In this document: positions 1 to 13,989 of the stretch, piece by piece | Layout of the letters: every line of letters starts with the position of its first letter | How positions within the stretch are numbered: position 1 is the first letter of the stretch | NCBI GenBank assembly: GCA_951406725.2 | Contig: OX597837.1 | Coordinates: forward strand, 40,920,001-40,984,000 | Direction: 5' to 3' | Source of the DNA: Octopus vulgaris | Lineage: Eukaryota | DNA length: 64,000 nt | Program-made: the position numbers and the translations under genes | The notes under the pieces: model-generated | Seen by the model: the letters and a program-made list of their open reading frames with translations, nothing else | Databases searched by the model: none | Told to the model about the DNA's origin: nothing

Positions 1-51
1 CACATACACACACACGCACACACACACACACACATATACATATATATATAT

Positions 52-144
52 ACGACGGGCTTCTTTCAGTTTCCGTCTACCAAATCCACTCACAAGGCTT
101 TGGTCGGCCCGAGGCTATAGTAGAAGACACCTGCCCAAGGTGCC
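52..144 (-). mobile_element. SINE family A fragment (tRNA-derived, CORE-like domain; resembles octopus OR-type SINEs)
   Basis: acgacgggcttctttcagtttccgtctaccaaatccactcacaaggc...cccaaggtgcca matches the full copies at 45710-46182 and 55131-55540. Confidence 0.85.
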
Positions 145-189
<45 letters not shown>

Positions 190-772
190 GTTATATACGT
201 GATGGTCACTTCCATCAATTTCGACGTTTGATGGAAAGGATTGAAAATTTGAAAATAAGAAATGATTTAGAATAGAAGCTGCATGTATTTGCATTGGATG
301 CGGGAATGTATTTTCAGTGCAGCTATGGATTTGGCTAAGAAGTCACAATGAGGACAATGGCGGTTTCGATTTTACCTGGAATTAGACAAACGTGTCTGTT
401 GACTGCAGGATATAATTCTTTTATTGTCCACTTTCTTCAACACAAATTGTTTAGATGCATCATGACACATTTTACGCCTCTCAGATCGATCTAGGCTATA
501 ATTTATTCAAGATGCTGTGTTATGCTGTGTGTCTGTGTCGTTTGAGGCGCTAGTTCAAAGTAAAATGGTCAAACTGTCTAAAATAATGAACTCAGAGTTA
601 GAAGGGAGAGTATCAAACATGTTTTCGGCAACTGTGAATTATAACGAAAGAATAAGAGCTTTCAATGCACGATGTGTTGAAGCTGAATGGTTTAAATTTC
701 ACGCCACAACGATCTTCAGGCGAGAACATATATATATATATATACATATGTTCTCGCCTGAATATGTATATT

Positions 773-819
<47 letters not shown>

Positions 820-1279
820 GTACACACGAACGAATATACATATATGTGTGTATGATGTTTGTATGCGTGTGTGATGTACTTTTGTACATCACATACAAAT
901 GTCGGTGTCAGCGTGCGCGTGAGAGTGCATACGTCTGAGTGTGTGTGCATGTATGTGTGTGTGTGTGTTTGTGTGTTTGTGCTATCTTATTCAGCGCCGT
1001 AGAAAAAAATTCTTCAATCGTAAAATGTTTAAGATCTTTAACTTTAAACAGTTTTATTAAAAAATGCAAACTAAAAGAAAAGAAAGAAAAAAGAAAATAT
1101 GACCACTTCATCACACACAAGATTAAATGTAAAACTTAATGGATTTCACGTGAATAAAGCACTTTTAAACTTTTAAAGTGGTTACTTAATTTATTCATTG
1201 GAAAAAAATTAGCAAAAAAAATGTTTTTAAATTCCATTGCAAAAAATTTTGAAATGCAATACTAAATGTATTTATTTAT

Positions 1280-1292
1280 TTATTATTATTAC

Positions 1293-1356
<64 letters not shown>

Positions 1357-1379
1357 ATTATTATTATTATTATTACTAC

Positions 1380-1410
<31 letters not shown>

Positions 1411-1459
1411 ATTATTATTATTATTATTATAATTATTATTATTATTATTATTATTATTA

Positions 1460-1547
<88 letters not shown>

Positions 1548-1575
1548 CATTATTATTATTATTATTATTATTATA

Positions 1576-1607
<32 letters not shown>

Positions 1608-1610
1608 TAC

Positions 1611-1697
<87 letters not shown>

Positions 1698-1732
1698 TAC
1701 TATTATTATTACTATTATTATTATTATTTTTA

Positions 1733-1767
<35 letters not shown>

Positions 1768-1826
1768 ATTATTATTATTATTATTACTACTAATATTATT
1801 ACTATTATTATTATTATTTTTTTTTA

Positions 1827-1869
<43 letters not shown>

Positions 1870-1882
1870 GTTGTTGTTGTTG
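1280..1882. repeat. (ATT)n microsatellite with ACT/AAT/GTT interruptions
   Basis: Read directly; explains the poly-I, poly-Y and poly-N ORFs. Confidence 0.97.
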
Positions 1883-2360
1883 TTTGCATCCGTCTTCAAT
1901 TCGCAGTTGAACGAATTGGCATAAGATTGAAAGCATCACAACTATGAATGTTGCATCTTGTCTTTGTTTTTCGCTTTTTTTTTAAATATTGGCATAGTAT
2001 ATCTAGGACTACAGTATCTAATGTGTGCTTTAATTCTCTTTTTTTTTCATTTGCTTCTATTTTAAAGCCGAATGGCTTAGGATTCAGGGTGATTTGACTG
2101 CTGTTTCCAGCAGGCCGTGTGATAATGTAATAAGAGGTATCGTTGCGTCATATATGTATTCATCATCATCATCATCATCATATTGGTCGTCATCAAAATC
2201 ATCATCAACATCGTCATCATCACCATCACATTCATCACCAACATCACTACTACCACCGCCACCACCACCACCATCACCACCACCACCATCACCACCACCA
2301 CCACCACCTTCATCGCCGTCATTTGTCACACTTGTCCTCACTATCACAATCACCACCACC

Positions 2361-2626
2361 AAAGTCGACCACGACGGAATTTTAAACTCAGAACGTAACG
2401 GCAGACGAAATACCTATTTCTTTACTATCCACAAGGGGCTAAACACAGAGAGGACAAACAACGATAGACAAAGGGATTAAGTCGATTATATTGACCCCAG
2501 TGCGTAACTGGTACTTAATTTATCGACGCCGAAAGGATGAAAGGCAAAGTCGGCTTCGACGGAATTTGAACTCAGAACGGCTGCGCATCTCACCCAGCGT
2601 GCTAACGTTTCTGCCAGCTCGCCGCA
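2361..2626 (-). mobile_element. SINE family B, partial head-to-tail dimer
   Basis: Family B body, gaaatacc-tatttcttt junction at ~2407-2423, and head ending gccagctcgccg. Confidence 0.85.
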
Positions 2627-3024
2627 TTCGTGAAGAACTGGATTCTTCCCGATATGCTTTATTGTCACCGAACTGCCTCACTCATGTGAGTTTCTCGCCA
2701 AAAAACAACATGGTATCGCTTCCACACCCGCCATATTCGCCTGATTTAGCGCTTGCGGACTTCCATCTCTTCACCAAGATGAAAACGCAACCCAAAGAGT
2801 GCCGTTTTAAAACTGTTGTCGAGATCCAGAGCGAATCGCAGAAGGACCTCAGCTCAGTACGGAAAACGACTTCCAAATCGGATTCCAAAGGTGACAGGAA
2901 CGCCGGGACCGGTGTATTGCTGCGCAAGGTGACTATTTCGGAGGATATGATGTTAAAACTTTGATAAATAAGTTATATTTTTTATTAAACATAACTGGTT
3001 CGGGAATTTTTTGATACCTCATCG
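2627..3024 (+). mobile_element. Decayed mariner-like transposon, 3' part with right TIR
   Basis: Translates PHPPYSPDLALADFHLF (mariner YSPDLAP motif); ends ttttgatacctcatcg followed by TA; homologous to 23790-24172. Confidence 0.85.
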
Positions 3025-3168
3025 TAAATGGGCATATAGGCCTATATTTTTTGTGCATGTACTGTGTATGCACATACATTTGTATAAATATATACATGTA
3101 CACCCTCGCACGAATATACACATGCATATATGCATCGATATATATTAGTGTAAAAGTATTATGCACAC

Positions 3169-3209
<41 letters not shown>

Positions 3210-3976
3210 TGAGAATATATAACAATTTGATTGAAGTGTTAGCCTTGTAGATTGCATTAGAAAGCCCGTCAAAGGGTGTCGGCTATCAGACACAATTTAA
3301 CACCTGTTTGAAACCAAAAAAGGGAAAATCGGCTGATTAAGTTCCTAGCTTTACAAATATATAAATAAATCATAATTAAATAGTGGGGTCGATTTGTGCC
3401 ACCAAAACTGATCAAGGCAATACCCCAGGATACCCGCAGACAGATAACTGATTCAAGACAAAGATATCACGTGGAAAACCGTGGATTAAATCTCGTTAAT
3501 GGATTCTACTCTGAATACATAACTGATATTCCACAACATGGAGATCGTTTTGACTTCAACTAGTTTTAATTAATTTTTAGTAAAGAAGCAATGTTGCATT
3601 TCTCTGCAGAGACATCACATTGCCATTTTTTGGTTTGTCGCTGTGCTTTTTGGTATTATTTATTCTTTACTGTTTGGTTGAAAATTTTAAAATTTTTAAT
3701 GAAGTACGTTTGTTGCTAAAAATGTTTTCATAATTCAGTCTTCACACATTGCTGGAGATGACATCCCTAACCTTGTAGCTATCGTCTCTCTCTTTCTTTC
3801 TTTTTCTCTCTCTCTCTTACTTTCTTTCTTTCTTTCATTCTTTCTTTCTCTCTCGCTCTCTCATATGCACACACACACATACATTCACACACACTCACAC
3901 ACATACTTAGAAAAATCCAACCGGATTGAAAAAATTTGGAGTAAACAAGGTGTACGGTTGGACATTTCTTTTCTAT

Positions 3977-4014
3977 CGCTACAATTGTTTCCACGCAACG
4001 TTGTTCTCCAGGTA
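3977..4014 (-). ncRNA. Minimal type-I hammerhead ribozyme motif, degenerate inverted copy
   Basis: Reverse strand reads tac-CTGGAGA-acaacgttgcgtg-GAAAC-AATT-GTA; inverted partner of 4188-4225. Confidence 0.5.
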
Positions 4015-4187
4015 TGTTTTCCTCTGATAAACTCAGTGACTACTACTAAATTCAGGCAACGACAGACAGAAAGGATGTTCCTGAAGCCGTGAATTTGAAC
4101 TTACGGAGACAATATTTATATATCACCTGACGAAACACAAATACATCTAATAATGCAGGGAAACGGTTGCATAATCAAATACCTGCA

Positions 4188-4225
4188 TGCCTGAAGAACT
4201 ACGTTGCGTGGAAACAATTGTAGTA
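4188..4225 (+). ncRNA. Minimal type-I hammerhead ribozyme motif (Penelope-like pLTR type)
   Basis: tgc-CTGAAGA-actACGttgCGTg-GAAAC-AATT-GTA-gta: intact core, palindromic stem III (ACAATTGT), GUA cleavage triplet. Confidence 0.65.
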
Positions 4226-4296
4226 ATAGAAAATAAATGTCCAACCGCACTCGTTCTTGTTGGCTCCAAATTTCTTCAATTATCTATTCACGCATA

Positions 4297-4527
4297 AGGC
4301 GGCAAGCTGTCAGAAACATTAGCACGCCAGGCGAAATGCGTAGCCGAATTTCGTCTGCCTTTACGTTCTGAGTTCAAATTCCGCCGAGGTCGACTTTGCC
4401 TTTCATCCTTTCGGGGTCGATTAAATAAGTACTAGTTACGCACTGGGGTCGATATAATCGACTTAATCCGTTTGCCTGTCCTTGTTTGTCCCCTCTGTGT
4501 TTAGCCCCTTGTGGGTAATAAAAAAAC
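4297..4527 (+). mobile_element. SINE family B full copy (tRNA-like head, Meta-domain-like centre, tail type B)
   Basis: ggcggcaagctgtcagaaac head, B-box-like gagttcaaattcc, gcctttcatcctttcggggtcga core; atctattcac on both flanks as a possible TSD. Confidence 0.9.
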
Positions 4528-5039
4528 CCATCTATTCACACACGAGAGATGGCCAAGCGCAAACCTGGAAATATGTATAACAATACTACTTGTTAGCACA
4601 GGGTGACATCTGAAGGTGGACGAACTTTTTAACTATACCCTACTGCGCTCCTAACAGAATATACCACAACTATATAAACACACACACACACTCACTCACA
4701 CACACACACACACATATATATGGTTGTTATATTTCTGCATAACTATGTTCCAATGAGTGCCTATCAAATACATTTCCATCGACGAACATCTGGTGCACGG
4801 GCCCAACACGCTCCTACGAAACCCATCTGCTCAACGAACGATTAAGCAAATATAAAATGTATTATTTCTTATATTGTCTGCTCCAACTCACTTTACTTGT
4901 ATTACATCATCCATCATATGCTATTTGTTTCTGTACATTCGACGGTTTCAAATTTATGAAATATTGTAACTGCACAAAACATGCTGTAGTCCTTGGTAAG
5001 TTAATTTACTTACTGAAAGAAAAGCGGTATCTCATTCTG

Positions 5040-5805
5040 CCGATACTTTTGAGAAACTGCATGTATTTATTGAACGCACGGAGGACTATACAAATATAAC
5101 AGATTGCCATTTGGTCTGAAGATCGCACCTGCAATATTTCAACAGCGGACTGTCAATTTGCAATTCCGTACCTCGATGATGTATTAATTAAAAGTGGATC
5201 TCGTGATCAGCATATCGAACCTGTGAAGTGCGTTTTTCAAAAAATAAGAATGTGAATTCTTTATGCCTAAAATTAAATATTTAGGAAAAATTATAAAAAT
5301 GGAAAATTACCTGGCCCGCCGGGGGTAGAGGCAATTAGAAATATATCACCCCTAAGTAACATAGCGACATTACAAGATTTTCTTGGCCATGTGAACTATT
5401 ATCAGAATTACATACCAAACATGAATGAATTGAGAACTCCACTTCATAATCTGCTAAAGAAAGACGCCAAATGGAATTGGTCAAAAGGCGTTTCAGGATA
5501 TTAACAAAATATTAATTTCGGATTTGTCGCTGGCTTAATTCGATCCTGCAGCATTGATTGTTGTAGCTTCTGACGCTTCTGAATACGGCGTAGGAGAAGT
5601 TTTGCTACACAAATATAAAGACGGTGATATGAAGGAGCTGGTTCATGCTTCACGTGCTCTGGTTGCAGCAGAAAACAGTACCCTCCCCAATTCCTTCTCT
5701 CTGTGTTACAATAATAATAATAGCAAGTCTTATAATTCGTGGAAAGAGTCTCCGAGAGGTTTTGTGAGACCTTTGACCGTAGATTGTTGTCCGCTCTCAC
5801 AGAAA
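5040..5805 (+). mobile_element. Ty3/Gypsy LTR-retrotransposon pol pseudogene fragment (RT to RNase H)
   Basis: Frameshifted translation gives THGGLYKYNRLPFGLKIAPAIFQQ, YLDDVLI, IKYLGKII, FLGHVNYYQNYIPN..LLKKDAKWNW and IVVASDASEYGVGEVLLH..HASRAL. Confidence 0.9.
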
Positions 5806-5808
5806 TAA

Positions 5809-5940
5809 CCGCCGAGGTCGACTTTGCCTTTCATCTTTTCGTGGTCGATAAATTAAGTACTAGTTACGTACTGGGGTCGATCTAATCGACCGGTTCCCTC
5901 CTCCAAAATTTCGGGCCTTCTGCCTAGAGTAGGAAAGAAT
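5809..5940 (+). mobile_element. SINE family B, 5'-truncated, tail type A
   Basis: ccgccgaggtcgactttgcc...aaaatttcgggccttctgcctagagtaggaaagaat. Confidence 0.8.
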
Positions 5941-6083
5941 TAGCCGCTGCAATCGGGAGCTCTGAGAACTAAAAAGAAATAACAATAATAATGATAAATG
6001 CCCTGATGCAGTACCAAGCAGTGGCTCTCATGGCTTCTGATCTTAACTGATTGGAAGTGTTAACATGTACATGTACATATTAC

Positions 6084-6296
6084 ATTATGAAGTGGAGTTC
6101 TCAATTCATTCATGTTTGGTATGTAATTCTGGTAATAGTTCGCTAGGCCAAGAAAATCTTGTAATGTCGCTATGTTAGTTGGGGGAGGCATAATTCTAAT
6201 TGCATCTACCCCCGACGGGTCAGGTCATTTTCCATTTTTATAGTTTGTCTTAGATATTTAATTTTAGACGTAAAGAATTCATTCTTATTTTTTGAA
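6084..6296 (-). repeat. Inverted local duplicate of the Gypsy RT segment at 5233-5450
   Basis: Reverse complement reads tttcaaaaaataagaatgaattc...gagaactccacttcataat, colinear with 5233-5450. Confidence 0.85.
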
Positions 6297-6459
6297 AAAC
6301 ACATGTACATGTTAACACTTCCAGTGTACGTGTTTGTTTTGTCTTGTAATAAAAAGGGCTGCAGCCACTATTCTGCTCAATACCACATATTTGCCTGTCA
6401 GTTGCTTAGACTTAACCAGTTGAACATGCTCCATAGTGGCTGACGGTATGTGCATCTCT

Positions 6460-6694
6460 AAAGGGCGGAGAGCTGGCAGAATCGTTAGCACGCAGGGCGA
6501 AATGCTTAGCAGTATTTCGTCTGCCGCTACGTTCTGAGTTCAAATTCCGCCGAGGTCGACTTTGCCATTCATCCTTTCGGGGTCGATTAAATAAGTACCA
6601 GTTACGCACTGGGGTCGATATAATCGACTTAATACCTATGTCTGTCCTTGTTTGTCCCCTCTGTGTTTAGCCCTTTGTGGGTAATAAAGAAATA
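6460..6694 (+). mobile_element. SINE family B full copy with 15-bp TSD
   Basis: ggtatgtgcatctct occurs at 6445-6459 and 6695-6709. Confidence 0.92.
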
Positions 6695-7091
6695 GGTATG
6701 TGCATCTCTGATCACGAGGAGGAGTAGTGGGAGGTGGGGAATAACATAGTTATGTGTTGAGGGGGATTCTTTGGGGTGTGAATTATTCACTTCTGGAAAC
6801 ATGGCTGTTTTGCTCATCATCTTTCAACAACCCTTATTCATGGAGCTTTTGAGTAGAACGGGTCATTTATACTGGGCCCACCGGTAAGGTCATGCGCTGT
6901 TTAACTTGATAAGAGGTCACCATTTCGCACTCATATGGTTGTGATGGTTCCCTCTTATCAGATGGTTGGTCATGTTGGATAAACTGGGCTTCGGGCATTT
7001 GTACCTCGGTGTGACTTTGATGGCGAGCGTTGCACTCTTACTTGCTCCAAATAATATTAATAATAATAATTAATAATAATAATAATAATAA

Positions 7092-7156
<65 letters not shown>

Positions 7157-7157
7157 A

Positions 7158-7350
7158 GCAAAGATATAGACAAATGGCTGAAAGAGATTGGAATAGAATG
7201 CCCGGTAGTACACCTTGCTGTCAAGGACCGCAAGGATTATCAGGAGGGTTCTAAGGACTTGAAGGACTGCTAAAATCTTGTGGGTACCTAAGGTTACAGT
7301 TAGTAACCCGCTATCCTCATAATTCCTACCAGGAATAAGACCGTACCTGG
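7158..7350 (+). mobile_element. R4/Dong-clade non-LTR retrotransposon 3' fragment (family 1)
   Basis: WLKEIGIECP...TARIIRRVL-like ORF end following (TAA)n/(TAG)n. Confidence 0.55.
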
Positions 7351-7356
7351 TACCAA

Positions 7357-7800
7357 TCGATATAAACGTATCTGTCAAGACCTACCAAAAACTGAGCAAG
7401 TATAAATATCTTGAAATAGAAATTAGAAAAAATGTGGAACCTCAAGACTAAAACAATACCTGTTGCCATAGGTGCCCTGGGAATGATAGCAAAAGGGGCT
7501 GATTGCTACCTCGCCCAGATACCAGGAAACCCCCAAATGACAGAAACTCAAAAGATTGTGCCCATGGGAACTGCTCATATCCAACCTAAAATACTTTCTA
7601 TGTAATCTCAAGTTTTAGAAAAACACATAATTTTCGTATGGTGTTTTTAGACATTCACTAGTACAACACAACACTAAGTACAAAACCAAATATATGGCAC
7701 CCTAGGCATAACACCAGCCTGAACTTCTAACTTGTTGTCTCTTGAGGTCTCTGGGTGAGATCTGGATTCAAATTGTACAAATGCAAAGCAAAAGTCAAAC
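7357..7800 (+). mobile_element. R4/Dong-clade non-LTR retrotransposon 3' end (restriction-like endonuclease end plus 3' UTR)
   Basis: KLSKYKYLEIEI..MWNLKTKTIPVAIGALGMI...QKIVPMGTAHI..ILSM*, stop at 7603-7605, followed by (TAA)n, the known Dong target. Confidence 0.85.
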
Positions 7801-7859
<59 letters not shown>

Positions 7860-7861
<2 letters not shown>

Positions 7862-8072
7862 GCAAAATACTTTCTATGTAATCTCAAGTTTGAAAACAAA
7901 CGTAATTTTCGTATGTTTTTTTTTAGGCATTCACTAGTACAACACTAAATACAAAACCAAATATATGGCACACTAGGCATAACAACAACATGAACTTCCA
8001 ACCTGTTGTCTCTTGAGGTCTCTGGGTGAGACTTGGAGCCAACTTGTACAAATGTAAAGCAAAAGTCAAACA
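7860..8072 (+). mobile_element. Second 5'-truncated copy of the same R4/Dong 3' end
   Basis: aaaatactttctatgtaatctcaag...gcaaaagtcaaacata repeats ~7588-7803 and is again followed by (TAA)n. Confidence 0.85.
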
Positions 8073-8270
8073 TAGAATAATAATAATAATAATGATAATA
8101 ATAATAATAACAATACTAATAATAGTTTCCAATTTTTGGCAAAAAAAAACGACAAAAAGCAATAGGCGATATATCGTCCCCACTAGTTGGCAGGTACTTC
8201 ATTTTATGAAACCCGAAAGATCAATACACACATACTTCTTCCACATATATATATATATGCACATATATGC

Positions 8271-8670
<400 letters not shown>

Positions 8671-8879
8671 AAATAATTGAATATATATATGTGTGTATGT
8701 ATGTAATGTATGTATGTATGTATGTATGTATGTATGTATGTATGTATGTATATGTATATAATACAATACAACATGTAGCAGCTAATTCATTTAATATGGA
8801 GATATACGACATACGTTTCAATCTTTCGATTTATTTCAAGAGTAACAGGTGTTTATATATAAATACACAATACAAACAA

Positions 8880-9194
8880 CTCTCTATATATGTATATATA
8901 TATATGTGTGTGTGTGTATATGTGTGTGTGTGTAATATGATATATGTATACATATGTATATACATATATATATATATGATAATATGTATATATATGATAT
9001 ATATATATATATATATTATACATATATATCTATATTATACATATATATCTATATGACAGATAGATATGCATAGATGCGTATATATATATATGTGTGTGTG
9101 TGTGTGTATGTGGGTGTGTAATATGATATATGTACACACACACATATATATATATACATATACATATATATATGATAATATGTATATATATATA

Positions 9195-9230
<36 letters not shown>

Positions 9231-9265
9231 CATATATATCTATATGATAGATAGATATGCATAGA

Positions 9266-9330
<65 letters not shown>
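8880..9330. repeat. Tandem duplication (~190 bp) of TA/TG-derived sequence
   Basis: gtgtaatatgatatatgta...ctatatga(c/t)agatagatatgcatagatgc occurs twice. Confidence 0.7.
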
Positions 9331-9816
9331 ATTTATGTATGTATGTATGTATATACGTAGATCATATATAATATATTGTTAATTCAAAAGGGGTCAGTTT
9401 CGCTTCAACTCAATAACGGGAGGTGAACGAGTTAGATTCCAGATACAGATATGTCTGTCTTCGGAGGTCTCATGTCGTGAGTATGATGTATGATTGGGGA
9501 CCCTGTGCCTCTGTGTGTGCGTGCGTATGTGTATATATATGTGTGTGTGTGTGTGTGTGTGGCGAAGTCGTTCAAAAACGGTTCTACACACACACACACT
9601 GCTACCTGTGCAGGTGTTGATCCAGGTCGGAAATCGCTGATGAACTCAAGTAATCGGACGGACATGTCAATCGAACAAAGCGCCGGGCTTTATATACACT
9701 GGAGCACATCTTATTATACAATGTGACTTAATATGGGTGTCTTCTATATATATATATGTGTGTGTATATGTATATATATGTATATATGTATGTGTCTGTA
9801 TGTATGTATGCATACA

Positions 9817-9863
<47 letters not shown>

Positions 9864-9898
9864 GTATGTATATATATGTATATATTTATCTATCTCTT

Positions 9899-9929
<31 letters not shown>

Positions 9930-9989
9930 TTGATTTTTTTTTTATTTTATCTAGTTTCAGCTCACGAGCTGTGGCCATGCTGGGGCACC

Positions 9990-10052
<63 letters not shown>

Positions 10053-10059
<7 letters not shown>

Positions 10060-10274
10060 TTAGGGAATAAATCCAAATTTACAGGGAAAAATCAGATTTA
10101 GGATTGAATCCAATTTTATAGTAAAATATAATATAATATTAATTAGAGACAAAACCGCTATTATGCAAATCAAACAAAGAAAGACTTAATCCAATACATA
10201 AAAAATTTAATATAAATTAGATATAATTAAGACATCCACTACGATTATTTGCATGATAGTGGTTTTGTCTCTAA

Positions 10275-10286
<12 letters not shown>
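10053..10286. mobile_element. Short element in microsatellites with a 40-bp inverted repeat
   Basis: 10131-10170 is the reverse complement of 10247-10286 with about 2 mismatches. Confidence 0.6.
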
Positions 10287-10316
<30 letters not shown>

Positions 10317-10390
10317 CCTCGGGTCGACTAAAATTTTGTGTGTGGATTTGGTAGACGGAAACTGAAAGAAATTCCGTGGTGCACAGAATT

Positions 10391-10439
10391 TTGCCAATGA
10401 ACAGGTCGCGGTCTCAAAGCGACGAAAATATTTTGACAA
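10391..10439 (+). ncRNA. Hammerhead-like motif of the G3:C8-variant family, within repeat 10372-10523
   Basis: ttgcca-ATGAACA-g-GTCGC..GCGAC-GAAA-ATATT-T-tgacaa; homologous to 17697-17746. Confidence 0.5.
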
Positions 10440-10519
10440 TTAAATTTAATTGTTGAAGTGAATCTAACGGTTTTTATGTGTTTCTTAAATGGCTTACAAA
10501 CACCTTCCACGCCGCAATT

Positions 10520-10570
<51 letters not shown>

Positions 10571-11037
10571 CATATATACACGCACACATGAACATATAAA
10601 TATATACACACACAGACATAGACACATACACACATATATCTATATATATACATATACCGAAGTTTGGCCATATCTCATATTTTGTATGTCAATTTCGACA
10701 TACTTGTAGGTCTATTTCATCGAATACACAGACTCACACACAGGTACTCGCACAAACACACTCATACACAGACGTACGCACTCACACACACACAAACACA
10801 CACGCATACTCCTACACATACACACACGTATGTATTGCACACCGTGACAGACGTATATCAATATGAGCAAATGCGTATAGTTGTGCCTAAATCGGAATTT
10901 TTCCAGGTGCAAATTACTTGGTCAACCCTGACTGACGGACGACTAACAGGTGTGTGTTTGTGTGTGTCGCAAGCTTACTTTAACCTCAAGTTCATTTAGA
11001 CATATATATGTATATATCTATAAATATATATATATAT

Positions 11038-11104
<67 letters not shown>

Positions 11105-11470
11105 TGCGTGTGTGTCTGTGCGTGGTGTGTGTGTGTGTAATAAATAGAAAATAATTATTTCTAAATCTCTGAACGAGATAGTGATGAGGACCCAGATAGT
11201 GTGTCACGTAGCCAGCTGGAGACGATATTTCCTGGGGTTAAACAGCAGTAACAATCGTCCTGACCAGGACTGCCACATTATGTTGGCAAATAATCTTTAC
11301 CACGAGTACTATATATATATATATACATATATATACACACGCATACACATATGTACATAGATACATAGGGGTACACACATACACACACATACACACATAT
11401 ATACATATGTATAGATACACACTGATGCACACAGATACACACGCATATATTTGTGTGTGTATATGTGGGA

Positions 11471-11547
<77 letters not shown>

Positions 11548-11588
11548 TATATAGATATATATAGCTGTAAATCCACACACACACACGC

Positions 11589-11628
<40 letters not shown>

Positions 11629-11800
11629 ATATATGGAACAAAATCGCAATAGAGGAAAATAAAGCATTCGGACAGATAGGCGATGCAAAAGGGACGGTTC
11701 ATTCGTGGCCTTCTTTCTTCAGTCAAGTTACCAGCTGTCCTTACTGTTTCGGGCAGTTACACTTGAGACAGATATATATATGGATTGGATTAAAAGAGTA

Positions 11801-11858
<58 letters not shown>

Positions 11859-12372
11859 CGCCGCATAGAAATTATACACGCACATATACACACACTCGTA
11901 CGGTAATCACAAATAGAAATGCACACGTGTGCGACACCAGATGTGTATCCGATAATGTGATAAAGTTAAGAAATATGACAAGAATAACACAAACAGACGA
12001 AAATATTTGACAGAAAGAAGAAGGGGAGTTGAACCAAAAGTAAAAAAAGAGAGCGAAGCCCACAGAGAGAGGGGTAGTAAAGGTACGTAGATAGAGAGAT
12101 AGGGATACAGGTAGAAAGATAGTATGAGATTAAGAGCGAGGGAGGGAGACTGGGAGAGCAAGGGTTGCAAGGTGGAGGAGAGAATAACACACCTGGTTGT
12201 CAAGAGGAACAGTTTTTGACAGGGACTGATATCGGTGAGTTGAAAGTCAATGGAGAAGGTCAGACAATGCGCCGACTTGAAAGGTAAGTTCAACCGGTTT
12301 GGTTTCGTCTCCACCCCCACACCCCCATCGTTTGCGCTCTCTCTCCCTCACTATTTCTCTCCCTGTCTCAAC

Positions 12373-12410
<38 letters not shown>

Positions 12411-12622
12411 TTATATACACATGTATATATATATGTATATATATATGTGTGTGTGTGTAAACATAATTATATATATATAAATATATATAAATATATATAT
12501 ATATATAAACATACATATATACACATATATAAATAATATATATATAAATATATATATAAACATATATATATAAATATGTATGTATGTGTATGCGTATGAA
12601 TACATACAGATATATGCATATA

Positions 12623-12669
12623 TAGAGATAGATAGATAGACAGACAGACAGATAGATAGATAGATAGAC

Positions 12670-12712
<43 letters not shown>

Positions 12713-12737
12713 TAGGCAGGCAGACAGACAGACAGAC

Positions 12738-12796
<59 letters not shown>

Positions 12797-12829
12797 TAGA
12801 TAGGCAGGCAGACAGACAGACAGACAGAC

Positions 12830-12898
<69 letters not shown>
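12623..12898. repeat. (GATA)n/(GACA)n compound microsatellite
   Basis: Read directly. Confidence 0.95.
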
Positions 12899-13235
12899 CG
12901 TTTGTATGTATCTTTATATATACCTATATACACAAACATCTTTCTGTTTTTGTGTGTTTCATTCCTCTCTCTACCACTATAATTCTCTGTCTGTCTGTCT
13001 GTCTCTCTGTCTGTCTCTCTGTCTGTCTGTCTCTCTGTCTGTCTCTCTCTGTATTATATATATGTGTGTGTGTATGTATATACACACACACACATACACA
13101 CATCAAATATCGTTACCATCACCAACACCTCCCTTCTAGTAACACAACCTTCATCTTGAGACTACCACCACAACCACCAACCCCATCACCACGCACACAC
13201 ACTCCTACACATCACCACATTCATTACCCTTCTAA

Positions 13236-13535
13236 AACTACCACTACTACGACTACTACCACTACTACTACCATTCCTACTCCTACCACCACTACTACTA
13301 CTACTACTACTACCGTTACTACTGTAACCGAGACCATCATCATCACCTATCATGCTCATCACCACCACCACCACCATCACCACCATCACCATCACCACCA
13401 CCATCACCACCACCACCATCACCACCATCACCACCACCACCACCACCACCACCATCACCACCATCACAACCAACACCATCACCACCACCACCATCAACAC
13501 CACCACCACCACCACCACCACCATCACCACCACCG
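13236..13535. repeat. (ACT)n then (CAC/CAT)n microsatellite
   Basis: Read directly. Confidence 0.95.
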
Positions 13536-13989
13536 TCTCTGCCGCCACCAATCAACCGTCACAGTTGTGCTAATGTGTCGTGCCTTGTGTTCATACGGTC
13601 CACTAGCATGCAGGATGTGGATGGTGATTAATTTTTGGACCCAGAAGTAAATTATACTTCGACAACAACAACTACAACAGCAACACCATGACAATTACGG
13701 TGTATATAATTGGACTGGATGCAGGTGTGTATACAATGAAGTGCTTTCGCTGGACAATGTACCGATAGACAAGAAAACAATTATTGTATATTGCTACCTT
13801 ACCTGTGTAGATATATCTCACCTGGTTTTTGTAGTTCCGGTACACAGGTAGATTTGTAAGTGAATGCAACAATATACCTGTAAAAATACCTACCTAATGA
13901 ACCAAAGTAAGCTTGAGAAAATTCTACGTTGCTGATGAGAATTCACAAGTACGAAACATGATTCATCTTATCTCATCTTTTTTGTTCAT

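Larger units (their letters stand above)
5998..7050. mobile_element. Unclassified interspersed repeat between (AAT)n tracts, carrying nested insertions
   Basis: Complex sequence bounded by AAT repeats; interrupted by the inverted Gypsy copy (6084-6296) and a SINE with TSD (6460-6694); class not determined. Confidence 0.35.

Noticed and set aside
610-725. Minus-strand HHR (CTGAAGA ... GAAAACATGTTT)
   Set aside because: The core and palindromic stem III are present but stem I does not pair; possibly a decayed motif
4765-4900. piggyBac-like ISIDEHLV motif
   Set aside because: It is too short and has no convincing neighbouring motifs or TTAA/TIR
13925-13965. CTGATGAG...CGAAACATGATTC HHR-like motif, and similar partial motifs at ~11180-11260, 11740-11750, 29030-29110, 44058-44072 and 50685-50712
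   Set aside because: Stems or one half of the core are missing; too degenerate to call by eye
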